A stretch of 64,000 bases of DNA, taken from positions 61,749,956 to 61,813,955 of the forward strand of contig NC_057728.1 of assembly GCF_004010195.1 (NCBI RefSeq), given 5' to 3'. Positions 50,087 through 63,517 of this stretch are shown in pieces (the first letter of the stretch is position 1; every line of letters begins with the position of its first letter). The notes under the pieces were generated by a model. It was not told where the DNA came from and did not search any database. It saw only the letters and a program-made list of their open reading frames with translations. Origin of the DNA: Chiloscyllium plagiosum (Eukaryota). Position numbers and translations under genes: made by a program.

Positions 50087-51292
50087 ATTTGCCTCCATCC
50101 AAATGGACTCTGCATTATCCATCTCTTGCAAAAGACCTTATTTATTCTCTTATCAATGGTATTGCCACCTTTTTGGTTCTAACTTTCTAATTTAGTTCCT
50201 AGCTGCTTTTATTCCCTCAGCAGAACCTTTTTCCTCCTGTGTTGTTACTGTGACAACTGGATCTTGCCTTTCCCACTTCAAGTACCTCTGCAGCCTAGGT
50301 GAGAGCTGCTAAACCTTGTACTAGATAGATAATATGCCAAATCTGACCACAGTAGTGTTTTTGTCCAGAACCTGTATTATTTCCCATTATGACTATATAT
50401 TTCCTCCTTCTAATCCTACTTGAATTGCTCCCTGTACCATGGTGGTGTGGTCAGTTTTCTTATCCTTCATACTTCCTGGTTTTGTGTACACAAAAAGCAA
50501 GAATTGTGAATCTTAGACAAGGACAGGAGCTGCTACCTGCCTTGCTCATTATCACACCCTAACCACTGAAAATTCAAGGCACTTTAGTCTAAAGTGTGTC
50601 TCCTAAGACAGCGTCCAGGTAACTTCTACCCCTTGTCATGAAACTGAGCTGAAGTTTCTCGAGCAATTAATACTTTCTATAGATATAGCCACTCTGAACC
50701 ACAATGGGGTCTATCACCTCCCACATGCAGCTACAGGTATTTGTTTTCAGGTATTTTTTTTTAATTTCCTTTTTCTTTAATCTAAAGTATTTCTCATTTA
50801 CCTTTTATCTGAAAACAATTTTGAATAGGTATTCAAATTAATAGCTATTACCAAACAGAGTCCACAGGCATCACTCTTGAATTTTTAAAATTATTTCTGG
50901 TGAATTAAGTCTGTCCTCCCAGGTAAGTATAGACCTCCCAGCGCTAGCCTTCGTTTGCTAGCTCCTCTCTATGCTCACCCAGGTAAACGTCCTGAAGCAT
51001 TTGTTTTCAGTAGATTATTTTCTCCTGTTGATAGTCTTGCAATACCATATCTCTCTCTCACCCCACTATTCTAGATATGTGATTAGTGCAAGGTCAGCAT
51101 TCCATTTCCCAGACCAAGTTGCATTTTTGAGGATTTTGATGAACCATCTCATGAACTGCTGCAGTCAATATGGTTATGGTATTCTCAATGAATTTTGTGA
51201 TTTTTGTTTTTGGTTACAGTGAAGGATCTATGCTTTGCTTCCAATGACCTTAAGAACAACAGCATCCGAATTCCCTAAGTAATTAGAGTTAT

Positions 51293-51635
51293 GTTATAGA
51301 ATCCCTACAGTGTGGAAACGGGCCCTTCAGCCTAAAATGTCCACACTGACCCTCTGAAGAGTGCCTCTGAAGTGTAACCCACTCAGACCCATTCCCCTAC
51401 CATATATTCACCCTGACTAATGCACCTATCCTATACATCCCTGGACACAATGGGGCAATTTAGCATGGCCAATTTGACCTGCACATCTTTTGGATTGTGG
51501 GAGGAAGCCAGAGTACATGTAGGAAACCCATGCAGACTCTGACAGTGCAAACTTCACACAGTCAATCACCCAAGGTTGGGATCCAACTCGGGTCCCTGGT
51601 GCTGTGAGGTAGTATTGCTAACTACTGAGCCACTG
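51293..51635 (-). mobile_element. HE1-type SINE
   Basis: Same head, core and tail as the other copies. Confidence 0.88.
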
Positions 51636-52010
51636 TAGGGTAGAGGTAATTAGTTTGGAGTTGTCGGAGTTCATCTTGTAGCTGGAGAAACACTCGCTTT
51701 TCCTCCTTTGGCCACCAATACTTTCTCACCACAAGCTAAATCATGATCAAAACCAAATGTCCTCATAAATGAAATGGAAGATACTTTGTTTCATTAGCTC
51801 AGAAGAACTGTGATTAATTTTGTGGCTGTACTAATTGTTGCATATCATGGCCGGTGATATTTAAGTTTTGCATTTCACTCCATGTCTTAAAACATAGTTA
51901 CTTTTTTCAAAATAACAAAATATAACTTCATCTGATTTCAGTTTAGTGCCCTCCATATCTAAATCCAAGAAAGCATTAGATTTGATTTCTCTGGTTCTGT
52001 ATTTGCTTCC

Positions 52011-52311
52011 TTAGATTACATTGCAGTGTGGAAACAGGCCCTTCGGCCCAACAAGTCCACACCGACCCGCTGAAGCGTAACCCACCCATACCCCTACATG
52101 TACCCCTTACCTAACACTACGGGCAATTTAGCATAGCCAATTCACCTGACCTGCACATCTTTGGACTGTGGGAGGAAACTAGAGCACCTGGAGGAAACCC
52201 ACGCAGACACTGGGAGAACATGCAAATTCCACACAGTCAGTCGCCTGAGGTGGGAATTGAACCCGGGTCTCTGGCGCTGTGAGGCAGCAGTGCTAACCAC
52301 TGTGCCACCGT
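52011..52311 (-). mobile_element. HE1-type SINE, young copy
   Basis: Close to the reverse complement of 61205-61510. Confidence 0.93.
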
Positions 52312-53464
52312 ACTAGGATGCAATTCTGCTTTGATTTTTCAAAGCCCCAATTTTTTAAGAAAAAAGCTCTAAGGCTCAGATCAAAATATCTGAGCACACT
52401 CCTGGTGAGTGCAATACTTTAGTGTAGGAATACCACTGTGGTACTAGTAACTCATGACATTCTTAATAGACTCAACTTATTAAAATTTATTAACAAAAGA
52501 GAGCCCCTATAAGATGCTGTTTAAGCTGATTCCTAGAGAGATTTGGACCTAGAAATATCTGCCAGGCAAAGATGTCTGAAGAAATTAGAAATCAAACTCC
52601 AGTTGCCAAACCATTTCAGATTTTCATAAGGATGGGGGTCATGCTTCATGTATGGATGGTTCTCCAAGGTGAATAAGCAAGTGCCTCCAGTGAGTTCAGA
52701 TTTGAGTTTGTGGTGTATGTAGGCTGAGTGTGGAGTAATAAGAGCTTATCTATTTTCAATGTATTTCTTTTTCGGATGACCAAGAATCCTTTTGGAGAGC
52801 TGAGGTGGCCCTGCAGATAAAGTGTTAGCATAATTTGGGATTAGGGCATCAGGAATCAGCTTAGAATCGTGAGCTCTTGGTATTGTTAAGTATAGAGGCA
52901 AATGAACCTTTATGCACAAACTCCTCAACTATCCAACTCATCAAACAATGTCAACAAGTCTTGTCAAAAAGTGTCCGTGTGTTTTTGAGTGCTTTTCTCC
53001 GTGTTGTCCACAATACAATCAGCGTACCTACAAGTATGCACGCACTTGAGTCGGTATGGTTGATAAAAGATAGTGGGTTGAAAAAGGTGCCAAGTTAGCA
53101 TGAATGGGGGACATTGGGTGACAGTGTGTATGAGGAGTAATGGGATAAGTAGATGGCGTTAGATTATATGGTGAGGCATAGGGAAAATACTTATGCCTTT
53201 TAGGAAAGAAGTCCCAGGTGTGCTTTTTGTGTTTGGGGGAAATTGGATGTGAAAGGAGAGAAGCAAGGAACTGTCCAAAAAAATGTGGGCGACTTATATT
53301 TTAATAAATAGGCTAGGTATTTCCTATTTGCAAACAATGATACGATTTGTGCTGCATGCTCAATTTCCAAACTCATTTTCACAAGGAATGCCTATCGAGG
53401 TGAGCATGTTGATAAATGACTCTAAATGTTGACTGAGCAGAAATGTTTGTTTAAATAAAGGACT

Positions 53465-54585
53465 AGATAGAATCAGATGTATTGCATAGAAACAGGCCCT
53501 TCAGTCTAACTGACCAGATATCCAAACCTAATCTTGAATATAGAACAATATAGGCCCTTTGGCCCTCGATGTTGTGCTGGCCTTGTATCCTACTGTAAGA
53601 TCAGACTAACTTGCATACCCTTCATTGTACTCCATGTGCCTATTCAAGAGTCGCTTAAATGTTCTTAATGTATCTGACTCTACGACCACTGCTGGCAATG
53701 CATTCCATGCACCCACCACTGTAAAGAACCTACCCTAAACTTTCCTCCAATCACCTTAAAATTATGCCTCCTCATGATAGACATTTCTGTCCTGGGAAAA
53801 AGTCTCAAGCTATCCACTCTATCAAGTCACCTTTCATCCTTATTCGCTCCAATGAGAAAAGCCATAGCTTCCTCATAAGACATGCCCTCCGCTCCAGGTA
53901 GCATCCTGGTAAATCTCCCCTTTCTAAAGCTTCCACATCTTTCCTATAATGAGGTGACCAGAATTGAACACAGTATTCCAAGTGTGGTCTAACCAGGAAT
54001 CTAGATCTGCAGCAAAATCTCACTGCTTTTAAACTCAATCCTCCTGCTCATGAAAGCTAACACACATGTTGTCTTAACAACCCTATCGACCTAGCTGGCA
54101 GCTTTGAGGGATCTGTGGACATGGACCCCAAGATCCCTCTGTTCCTCCACACTGTCAAGAATCCTGCCTTTACCCTGTATTCTGCATTCAAATTTGACCT
54201 TCCAAATTGTACTACGTTAGCCAATCTTAAGTCTTCCGGCATCTCACCTGTGACTATCGATGATACAAATATCTCAGATTGGGGGGGCGCAGCAATCACT
54301 CCCCTAGCTTCCCAAACAGTTTTAGGGTACATCTGATCAGGTCCTGGGGATTTATCCACTTTGATGTTTTTTAAGACACCCATTACCACCACCTCTGTAA
54401 TATGGACATTTTTTTCAAGATATCACCATCTATTTCCCCACATTCAATATCTTCCATGTCCTTCTCCACAGTAAGCACTGATGCAAAATACTTGTTTAGT
54501 ATCTTCTCCCATATCCTACGATTCCACATACAGGCTGCCTCGCTGATTTTTGAGAGGCCCTATTCTCTTGCTTGTTACCCTTTGA
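53465..54585 (-). mobile_element. CR1 LINE fragments (composite)
   Basis: [26 protein letters not shown]; LKNIKVDKSPGPDQMYPK. Confidence 0.88.
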
Positions 54586-56761
54586 AGGAATTTCAATGAT
54601 TTCTTACCTCTCCTAGTCATCTGAAATGACATCAGTATACGCTCTCAGCATGTCTTCCTAAAGTTGGTACCAGGTGTGTTGGCATGGAAAGAGATGGGCA
54701 GCAGATAGGATTTATGTTGGCATGTGAACTGTAAAGGCCATAGGGTATATAAGGTGGCACAGAGGTTACAAAGGATTATCATGGATTGGTAAATTGACAT
54801 CGGATGGGATATGGGGAATGAGTTGAGGTGCTGGTGAGAGCAGGAGGGATGTCTTGTGTTGTCAACGGCATTTTTTAAAAAAAAATTGACTTGTCCTGGA
54901 GCCCCAAGACCAGCTTTCTGACCAGTTTGCCTCTGGAACTGACAGCCTTTTGGACTCTTTCAAGTTGGCTTGGCCTGGCCTGGCCCGTTTTATGAAGCTA
55001 GCCATGTGTGTTTGCTCCATGAATGGAGTTTGGAAATGTGGGTGGTTGTTTTTTTTTTAGAAAGGCTAACTTTATAGATCGGGGACAAAACCCACAGCCT
55101 TAGTGAGTTTTATGTCTGACACTTGAGTTGACTTGAAAGCTACAGATGTCAATCTTGAGTTACACTGGCATTGGAGTACTAGACGTGAAGGATACCTGAA
55201 AATATTTCTGTACGTGAAATAAAATCCACAATCTATGATTGATAAAGTATAAAATAAAAAAAGTCACAAAGTAATTGTGCTAGACAAAGCTCACTTCTGA
55301 GTCTAAGTGTGGCACTGGAAAAAGCACAGCAGGTCATGCAGTATCTGAGGAGCAGGAGAGTTGACCATAACAGTTGTGATGCTCAAATGATTAAATGAAT
55401 CCTTGGCAAAAGGCCAGGTGGTGCACCTCACTTTAAATAAAAGCAGAACACTGCAGGTGCTGGCAATCTGGAAAAAGCACAGAATGCTAGAAAATCCCAG
55501 CAGATCTGGTACCATTTGTGGAGAGAGAAACAATGTTTTGAGTCCAGTGTGACTTTTCAGAATTAAAACACTGCCCCACAAATTATTGCAGAAGTCACAT
55601 AGCAATTAAATGTATAATTTTAACAAATTATTGTAGTATTTTAGAGGTCATATAAATAAAATGGTGGTAAAGTGTGAAACAGTACAATTTTTTTCCTGTT
55701 GTTCAGTAATTAGTGTGCTCGTGCATGTTGATCTGCCAACAAATATATCCTTAAACTCCATTTCTAAACATCCCATGTCTTTTTTAAATTACTTGCTGTA
55801 CCTCCATGTGAACATCATGATTAATGTGCAAATGCTCAACTTGCTCTACTGCAGCATGCCAAGCTACTAAATATTCTATTTTATCTGACATTTTGCTCTC
55901 TGCTAAATTTTTGCTCATCCACTTAATTTATCTATATTCCTTTACTAACTCTTTTTGAATCTCTTTGCAACTTGCTTTCCTAGCTCCTTGCGTCATAGCC
56001 AAATTTGATGATAGATGAAGTGACTGACTAAGTCATTAGTGTTTGAGCAAAATAGCTAAGATGACAGCATTGATTGCTGTGGCACTCCCCTTGTTAATCA
56101 TTTTGATAATTATCCTTTTATCCCAACTGTTTTCTATTAGTTCATGAATCTTTCCATGCTGGTACATCACTTCGACCACTGAATTGTGCAGTTACTTGTG
56201 CAGTAACTTATTAATGGGGCAGAACACTGACCCCAACACAGTTTGGGGGAAGTCTGTCTTGATGGTACAGCTTCCAATTTACCCAATACTAGTGCTACTA
56301 TTCCATGAATCCACATCTGTTTTTCCTCACCAATCTTTGATCCACACATTCACTTCTCTGGTTAGTCTTATCCAATGCCATTTTGCTAATGAATTGGTTA
56401 TTAATTTTAGGTCATCACCTTTTGTGGTTCCACCTTTTAATTTAGTACATAGTGTTTTACAAAAAAATTCTTTCTCCTTGCCATACAGTTTTTAAAGGCA
56501 AAAATAAAAAGACACCTTACTTGTACCAGCCACTGCTGGTTGTGGAAACCATTCTAACTGCCTGATTAACTGCTACCTCTGGATTCTAAAGCGGCTGCCA
56601 GAGGCACAGTCCCAAACTAGGTCCATCAAAATTCTTAAGTGAGGAAAAAAAATTGCCAGAAGAGAAGGAAAAGAGTTTCTGTTCTGAAGCAGGGCCACGC
56701 TGGCACAGTCATGTTCTACCACAAGTGTCATCAACTCCTCTGTGAACTAGAACTTGGAGTA

Positions 56762-56959
56762 CAGGTCGTTCTGTAACATGTGTTTCGTTAACATCAATTG
56801 ATGAATTGGGGACACTTTCTGAAGTGCAAAGATTTATAGCTGTATTGGTTACAATGTGATTCTGGCCCCGTTAGTTTAAACGTTGCTGCTATTACACAAT
56901 TTTCTTATAACATGGGATTGCACAAGAATCGGACTGTCGCATTATTGTAGAACTGACTG
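56762..56959. mobile_element. Tc1/mariner (Tigger-like) non-autonomous DNA transposon
   Basis: TA|CAGGTCGTTCTG ... TAGAACTGACTG|TA: imperfect terminal inverted repeats with TA on both flanks. Confidence 0.65.
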
Positions 56960-57834
56960 TATATTGCTGGAAGGCTTCTAACCTGAGCTGCTTCAGCAAA
57001 CGTCATTCTATCTCTTCCAGTGAGATGCAGATCACCATTCACTTCCTGTTAGCCAACACACAATCTCTAAAAGAAGAGGCAATTGCTGAATTTACCAGTT
57101 GCAAATATATTGCAGGTCTCTGTCTCTGCATTTCTTTTTGAATTCTGTCCTCGATATTACCGTCCTCACCCAAATGCACCATTGTCTACATATCTGCATT
57201 ACATTTGATTTGTAACCTGTGCTGTTCTACCAGAACCCTTATACCGAACATTAGCTTGGTACACCACGAATTGATGTTTCTATGTTGCAAGAAATTCCAT
57301 TCTAAAATTACCTTCTTTTTCTGCTTCTACTATCACTTCCTCAGATGAGACTTAGCTAGTAACAGGGCTCTTGCAATGTATGTCATAACCTGAAACAGGA
57401 CCATCCCATATTTGGGGTCAAGGATAATTCACACATGAGGGGGAGCAGCAAGCAACTGCCCAGTCCTTCATGCTTAAATTTGCACAACATGTGGGAATTC
57501 AATTAATGAGCAATAAGACTTCTCAATCCCTTTCCAGGAGCCTACAAACATAAAATACAATTGAAGAGGCTACTTCAAAAGTGCATTTAAATTAAAAATA
57601 GGACCTGTGGAGAGATGTGTCTCAAGGAGGTCCATCACTGCCAGATTTAACACTCTTAAATATTCTCCAGGAAGTAATGATGGTGAACTTTGCATTGCTC
57701 ATTGTAGTTTGTTCAAAACATCTTGCATCATGCCAAGCACAAGGCTGTGTTCCTATCAAAATAATCACTGCCTTTTACAATAATCACTCTTCTGGTTTAA
57801 TCTCCCATCTTTGCACATTCAAATCAGTGAATTA

Positions 57835-58470
57835 GGACATAAAGTCATACAGCATGGATTAGTTGGACCAATCTCCAAAACTAAGCTAGTCCCACTTGCC
57901 TGCATTGCCCTATCATACTTAGAAGTCACAGTCTTCACCTGACAAAGGAGCAGTGCTCCGGAAGCTTGTGATTTCAAATAAACCTGTTGGACTACAGCCT
58001 GGTGACGTGTGACTTCTGATTTTGTCCACCCACTCCAATACTGGCACCTCCGCATCTTTCCTCTTCAAGTACTTATCCAAATGTTTTTTAAATGTTGTAA
58101 CTGTACCTACATCCGCCACTTCCTCTGGCAATTCAATACACTCATGAACTGTACAGTTTTTTTTTAAAAAGTTGCCCCTCATGTCCTTTCTAAAACTTCT
58201 TCCTCTCCTTAAAAATATGCCCCTCGTAGTTCTATAAGTGTCTGTAAGGTAACCCCGCAACTTCCTCTGCTCCAGTGAAAAATGTCCACAGTCTATCTAG
58301 CTTATTTTTATAACTCACTAACCATTTCCAGCAACATCCTGTTATGCATTTTCTGAACCCTCTCCAATTTAATAATATCCTTCCCATATCAGGGCAACCA
58401 GAAAATACCTCACCAATGTCTTGTAAAACGTCAATGTGACATCTCAAGTCATACTCAGTGGTCTGAGCAA
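57835..58470 (-). mobile_element. CR1 3' fragment with a PLE pLTR insert at ~57920-58052
   Basis: ELPEEVADVGTVTTFKKHLDKYL on minus; CR1 3'UTR interrupted. Confidence 0.8.
57936..57970 (+). ncRNA. Degenerate hammerhead motif (fifth family)
   Basis: CAC-CUGACAA-A-GGAGC-AGU-GCUCC-GGAA-GCUU-GUG. Helix I CAC/GUG and helix II are intact; the core is mutated. Confidence 0.6.
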
Positions 58471-59344
58471 TGGTATGCAGGTGTACCTGGTTCACAGCTA
58501 GCAGAGTAATCAACCGTCAAATTTGTCTTGGCCATGCAAGCACACTTCACTTCCCTCAACCTCGAAGGAAAGGACAGTGCTCGGCTCCTTTTACTCCACG
58601 ATCAAGTGCTGCTTTACATTCCTCTTCACTCAGCTCTGTGCCTCCAGTATTAAATGCAAAATACTCTGGTTATTTTACCTTCAAAATCAATGTATGCCTG
58701 CAAGGTCACCCCTGAATGAAATGAACTTGAGTAATTCCTAACCAGCACAAAGTTGTTTCCAGATACCTGAAATAGAAAATTGCCCAAAGTAAAAAGTGGA
58801 AGTTGAAATCATTTCAGAGGACCTCTCATTAGAGAGAGGTGACTGGTGGTAGGTTAAAACTGAGGGTCTTTCATTTCAAGTAAGGGGCATCATTAAGGAG
58901 GTCATTATGGGAATTGAACCCATTGGCCAGTCTGAAATTGAACAAGTTAGTTCAGTTGGCTGCAGAGCTGGTTTTTGATGCCAAATTTTCATAGAAGGTC
59001 GCAATCTCATTCTCAGATTGAGGAACAGGTGAGTCCTTTAAATAGCATTCCTGTAAAACCCTTGCTGGTTGTTAGTGCTAGGCAGACTAGTTTCATGAAA
59101 GAGTCCGGAATCTGCAGTCTTTTTAAAAGGGGGTAGAAAACCTATGTCTGCATTTATGTTTGAGTACTGTAATTTGTTGGAAATTAATTGAGACTTGAAC
59201 CCTGTTGACCTTTGTGAAAAGCAAAAAATGTCAAGTTATTAGCTAAAGACACATTGTGTTCTTGTGCAAACACTTGAACAAACTACAAATGTCAATCAAC
59301 AGTTTATAAAATTGTTGTTTGTGTTTAAGTATCAGTGAAACTTC

Positions 59345-59465
59345 TGCGGCCTATTTGTGGTATAATGGTAGTGTCTATACCCCTCTACCAAGAAGCTCAG
59401 TTTTAAGTCCCACCTATTCCAGAGCTATGTAATAACACTTCTGAACAGTTTGATTAGAAAAATAG
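59345..59465 (+). mobile_element. Short degenerate tRNA-derived SINE (related copy at ~13495-13590)
   Basis: gtggtataatggtagtgtc...ttaagtcccacc...ctgaacagtttgattagaaaa. Confidence 0.5.
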
Positions 59466-60160
59466 GTTAAATAAACAAATCAGCAATAGTTATTCAGTTT
59501 AACACGAGCAGCCATGTCAACAACTTGTTCAGCATGCATAAAGTAGTCATTTTAGTTCTGACAGCAAAACCTACTGACATACAAACATGCTTTTACATTC
59601 CATTTTTTCTAGCATAGCACAGTGCTTCTCAAACTTTCTTTCCCACTATGATGCCCATTTAAGGACTTGAATGTTTTCACAACACCTTGTTGAGTAGTTG
59701 GGTTGGGGAGAGAAGACTTATGAGAGCAGGAGAAAGGTATCAGGTGTCGGAACTCATGGCCCCAAAATTTCAGCTGTCAGTTTTCCCAACAAGCATTTCA
59801 GAAAATGGATGTAAGTTTGCTCACAGAGTTGGAAGGTTTGTTTTCAGACGTTTCATCACTATATTAGGTAACATCATCGGTGAGCCTCCAGTGAAGCACT
59901 GGTGTTACAGCCGACTTTCTATTTATGTGTTTAGGTGGGGTTGGTGATGCTTTACATTCCAACTTGGGTTGGTGATGTCATTTAATTTTCTTTTTCTCGG
60001 GGTGATAGATGGGATCCAAATCGATGTGTTTGTTGGAAGAGTTCCGGTTGGAATGCCATTAGCGTATTGAGCCCTTAGGTGTTAGCAAGTTTTGAGAAGA
60101 CTTACAGCTCAGGTTGAGGTTCTGGATGTAAGTTTGCTCACTGAACTGGAAGGTTTGTTT

Positions 60161-60200
60161 TCAGACATTTCATCACCATAGTAGGTAACATCATCAGTGA
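60161..60200 (-). ncRNA. Hammerhead motif in inverted pLTR
   Basis: UCA-CUGAUGA-U-GUUACC-UACUAU-GGUGAU-GAAAU-GUC-UGA. Confidence 0.7.
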
Positions 60201-60629
60201 GCCTCCGATGAAGCACTGATGTTGTGGCCTAAATGTCTTCAAATACCTAAATGTCTTAAATACAAACCTCCCCTTAACATCCCACTAGCCAAAAGAATAG
60301 CGGAGAAAATCGGCTGCAGAATGCTCAGCCAAATGATTAACAATGCCCACAACAGACTCCGTAAATACAATCGGGAAATTTTGTGACAAAAATACTTTAC
60401 TAACTAAGGTGACAGACTGTACCGTGCCTGCCTATTCACAATGAGCCATTGGCATTAGACAGTGGCAAACACAGAAAACAAAAAAAAACTAGCCCTGCAG
60501 GAACAAGTAGACAAGCTCACAAAGTAACAACACAGAAGCATGGATAAAAAAATTACCTGACTGACCCTTAACAGACATTGAAAAGAGGATTAAATTACAA
60601 CTTCCGTTATGAGGACAAGACTGTGGAAA

Positions 60630-62640
60630 GGATACGGAAGCTATAGACTGTGGGGAAATAGATGATGATATCTTGCAAAATGTCCATATTACAGAGGAGG
60701 AAGTGCTGGATGTCTTGAAACGGGTAAAGGTGGATAAATCCCCAGGACCTGATCAGGTATACCCGAGAACTCTGTGGGAAACTAGAGAAGTGATTGCTGG
60801 GCCTCTTGCTGAGATATTTGTATCATCGATAGTCACAGGTGAGGTGCCAGAAGACTGGAGGTTGGCTAACGTGGTGCCACTGCTTAAGAAGGGTGGTAAG
60901 GACAAGCCAGGGAACTATAGACCACTGAGCCTGACGTCGGTGGTGGGCAAGTTGTTGGAGAATATCCTGAGAGACAGGATGTACATATATTGGAAAGGCA
61001 AGGACTGATTAGGGATAGTCTGCATGGCTTTATGTGTGGGAAATCATGTTTCACAAACTTGATTGAGGATTTTGAGGAAGTAACAGAGGATTGATGAGGG
61101 CAGAGCGGTAGTTGTGATCTATATGGACTTCAGTATGGCGTTCGATAAGGTTCCCCATGGAAGACTGATTAGCAAGGTTATATCTCACGGAATACAGGAA
61201 TAGTGGGCGGCACGGTGGCACAGTGGTTAACACTGCTGCCTCACAGCGCCAGAGACCCGGGTTCAATTCCCAACTCAGGCGACTGACTGTGTGGAGTTTG
61301 CACGTTCTCCCCGTGTCTGCGTGGGTTTCCTCCGGGTGCTGCGGTTTGCATGTCAGGTGAATTGGCCATGCTAAATTGCCCGTAGTGTTAGGTAAAGGGG
61401 TAAATGTAGGGGTATGGGTGGGTTGTGCTTCGGCGGGTCGGTGTGGACTTGTTGGGCCGAAGGGCCTGTTTCCACACTGTAAGTAATCTAATCTAATCTA
61501 ATCTAATCTAAACTAGCCATTTGGATACAGAACTGGCTCAAAGGGAAAAGACAGAGGGTGGTGGTGGAGGGTTGTTTTTCAGAGTGGAGGGCGCTGTGAC
61601 CAGTGGAGTGCCACAAGGATCGGTGCTTGGTCCTCTACTTTTTGTCATTTATATAAATGATTTGGATACAAGTATTAGAGGTGCAGTTAGTAAATTTGCA
61701 GATGACACCAAAATTGGAGGTGTAGTGGACAGCGAAGAGGGTTACCTCACATTACAGCAGGATCTTGACCAGATGGAGTTTAATTCAGATAAATGCGAGG
61801 TGCTGCATTTTGGGAAAGCAAATCTTAGCAGGACTTATACACCTCACAGACTTTGAGGACTTATGCACCTTAATGGTAAGGTCCTAGGGAGTGTTGCTGA
61901 ACAAAGAGTCCTTGGAGTGCAGGTTCATAGCTCCTTGAAAGTGGAGTCGCAGGTAGGTAGGATAGTGAAGAAGGCGTTTGGTATACTTTCCTTTATTGGT
62001 CAGAGTATTGAGTACAGGAGTTGGGAGGTCATGTTGCGGCTGTACAGGACATTGGTTAGGCCACTGTTGGAATATTGCATGCAATTCTGGTCTCCTTCCT
62101 ATCGGAAAGATGTTGTGAAACTTGAAAGGGATCACAAAAGATGTTGCCCTGGATGTTGCCAGGGTTGGAGGATTTCAGCTAAAGGGAGAGGCTGAACAGG
62201 ATGGGGCTGTTTTCCCTGGAGCGTCAGAGGCTGAGGGGTGACCTTATAGAGGTTTACAAAATTATGAGGGGCATGGATAGGGGAAATAGGCCAAGTCTTT
62301 TCCCTGGGGAGTGCAGAACTAGAGGGCATAGGTTTAGGGTGAGAGGGGTGCAGAACTAGAGGGCATAGGTTTAGGGTGAGAGGGGAAAGATATAAGAGAC
62401 CTAAAGGGCAGATTTTTCACACAGAGGGTGGTATGGGTATGGAATGAGCTGGCAGAGGAAGTGGTGGAGGCTGGTACAATTGCAACATTTAAAGGGCATT
62501 TGGATGGGTATATGAATAGGAAGGGTTTGGAGGGATATGGGCCAGGTGCTGGCCGGTGGGACTAGATTGGGTTGGGATATCTAGTCGGCAGGGATAGGTT
62601 GGACTGAAGGGTCTGTTTTCATGATGTACATCTCTGTGAC
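60630..62640 (+). mobile_element. CR1 LINE (RT domain to 3' end), relatively young, inside the PLE
   Basis: ORFs VKVDKSPGPDQVYPR..KDKPGNYRPLSLTSVVGK; [30 protein letters not shown]; LYRTLVRPLLEYC. A 37-bp tandem duplication lies at 62311-62384. Confidence 0.95.
61205..61510 (+). mobile_element. HE1-type SINE nested in CR1
   Basis: gggcggcacggtggcacagtggtta...gggttcaattccc; (taatc)5 tail. Confidence 0.95.
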
Positions 62641-63477
62641 CATATAAAGGCAATATGCAAAACAAATGTCATTTACAAAATACCTTGCAAGAACTGTAAC
62701 AAGCACTACATTGGACAAACAGACAGAAAACTATCCACCAGGATATATGAACATAACTAACCACAAAAAAACATGACCCACTATCACTGGTATTTTTACA
62801 TACAGATGAGGAAGGATACCACTTTGACTAGGACACACATCCATCCTAGGACAAGCAAAGCAGAGACACGCACAAGAATTCCTAGAAGCATGACATTCCA
62901 ACCAGATCTTTATCAACAAACACATTCATTTGGATCCCATCTATCACCTTCTGAGAAAAAGACCAGGAAATGACATCACCAACCCAAGAAAACTTAAACA
63001 TATAAATAGAAAGCAGGCCGTAACACCAGTGCTTCACTGGAGGCTCACTGATGATGTTACCTAGTATGGTGACGGAAAATCTGAAAATGCACCTTCCAAC
63101 TCAGTGAGCAAACTTACATCCAGAGCCTCAACCTGAGCTATAAGTCTTCTCAAAACTCGCTAACAGCTAGGGGTGCAATACGCTAATGGCATTCCTTACC
63201 TAGTATGGTGACGAAATGTCTGAAAACGAACCTTCCAGGTCAGTGAGCAAACTTACATCCAGAATGTCAACCTGAGCTATAAGTCTTCTCAAAACTTGCT
63301 AATATCTAGGGGCTCAATACGCTAATGGCATTCCAACCAGAACTACTTCAACAAACACACCAATTTGGATCCCATCTATCACCCCCTGAGAAAAAGAACA
63401 GGAAATGACATCACCAACCCAAGAAAATCTAAACATAAATAGAAAGCGGGCTGTAACACCAGTGCTTCACTGGAGGC

Positions 63478-63517
63478 TCACTGATGATGTTACTTAATAT
63501 AGTGATGAAACATCTGA
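63478..63517 (+). ncRNA. Hammerhead motif in terminal pLTR (further degenerate copies at 63045-63084, 63196-63223, 59844-59883)
   Basis: UCA-CUGAUGA-U-GUUACU-UAAUAU-AGUGAU-GAAAC-AUC-UGA. Confidence 0.68.
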
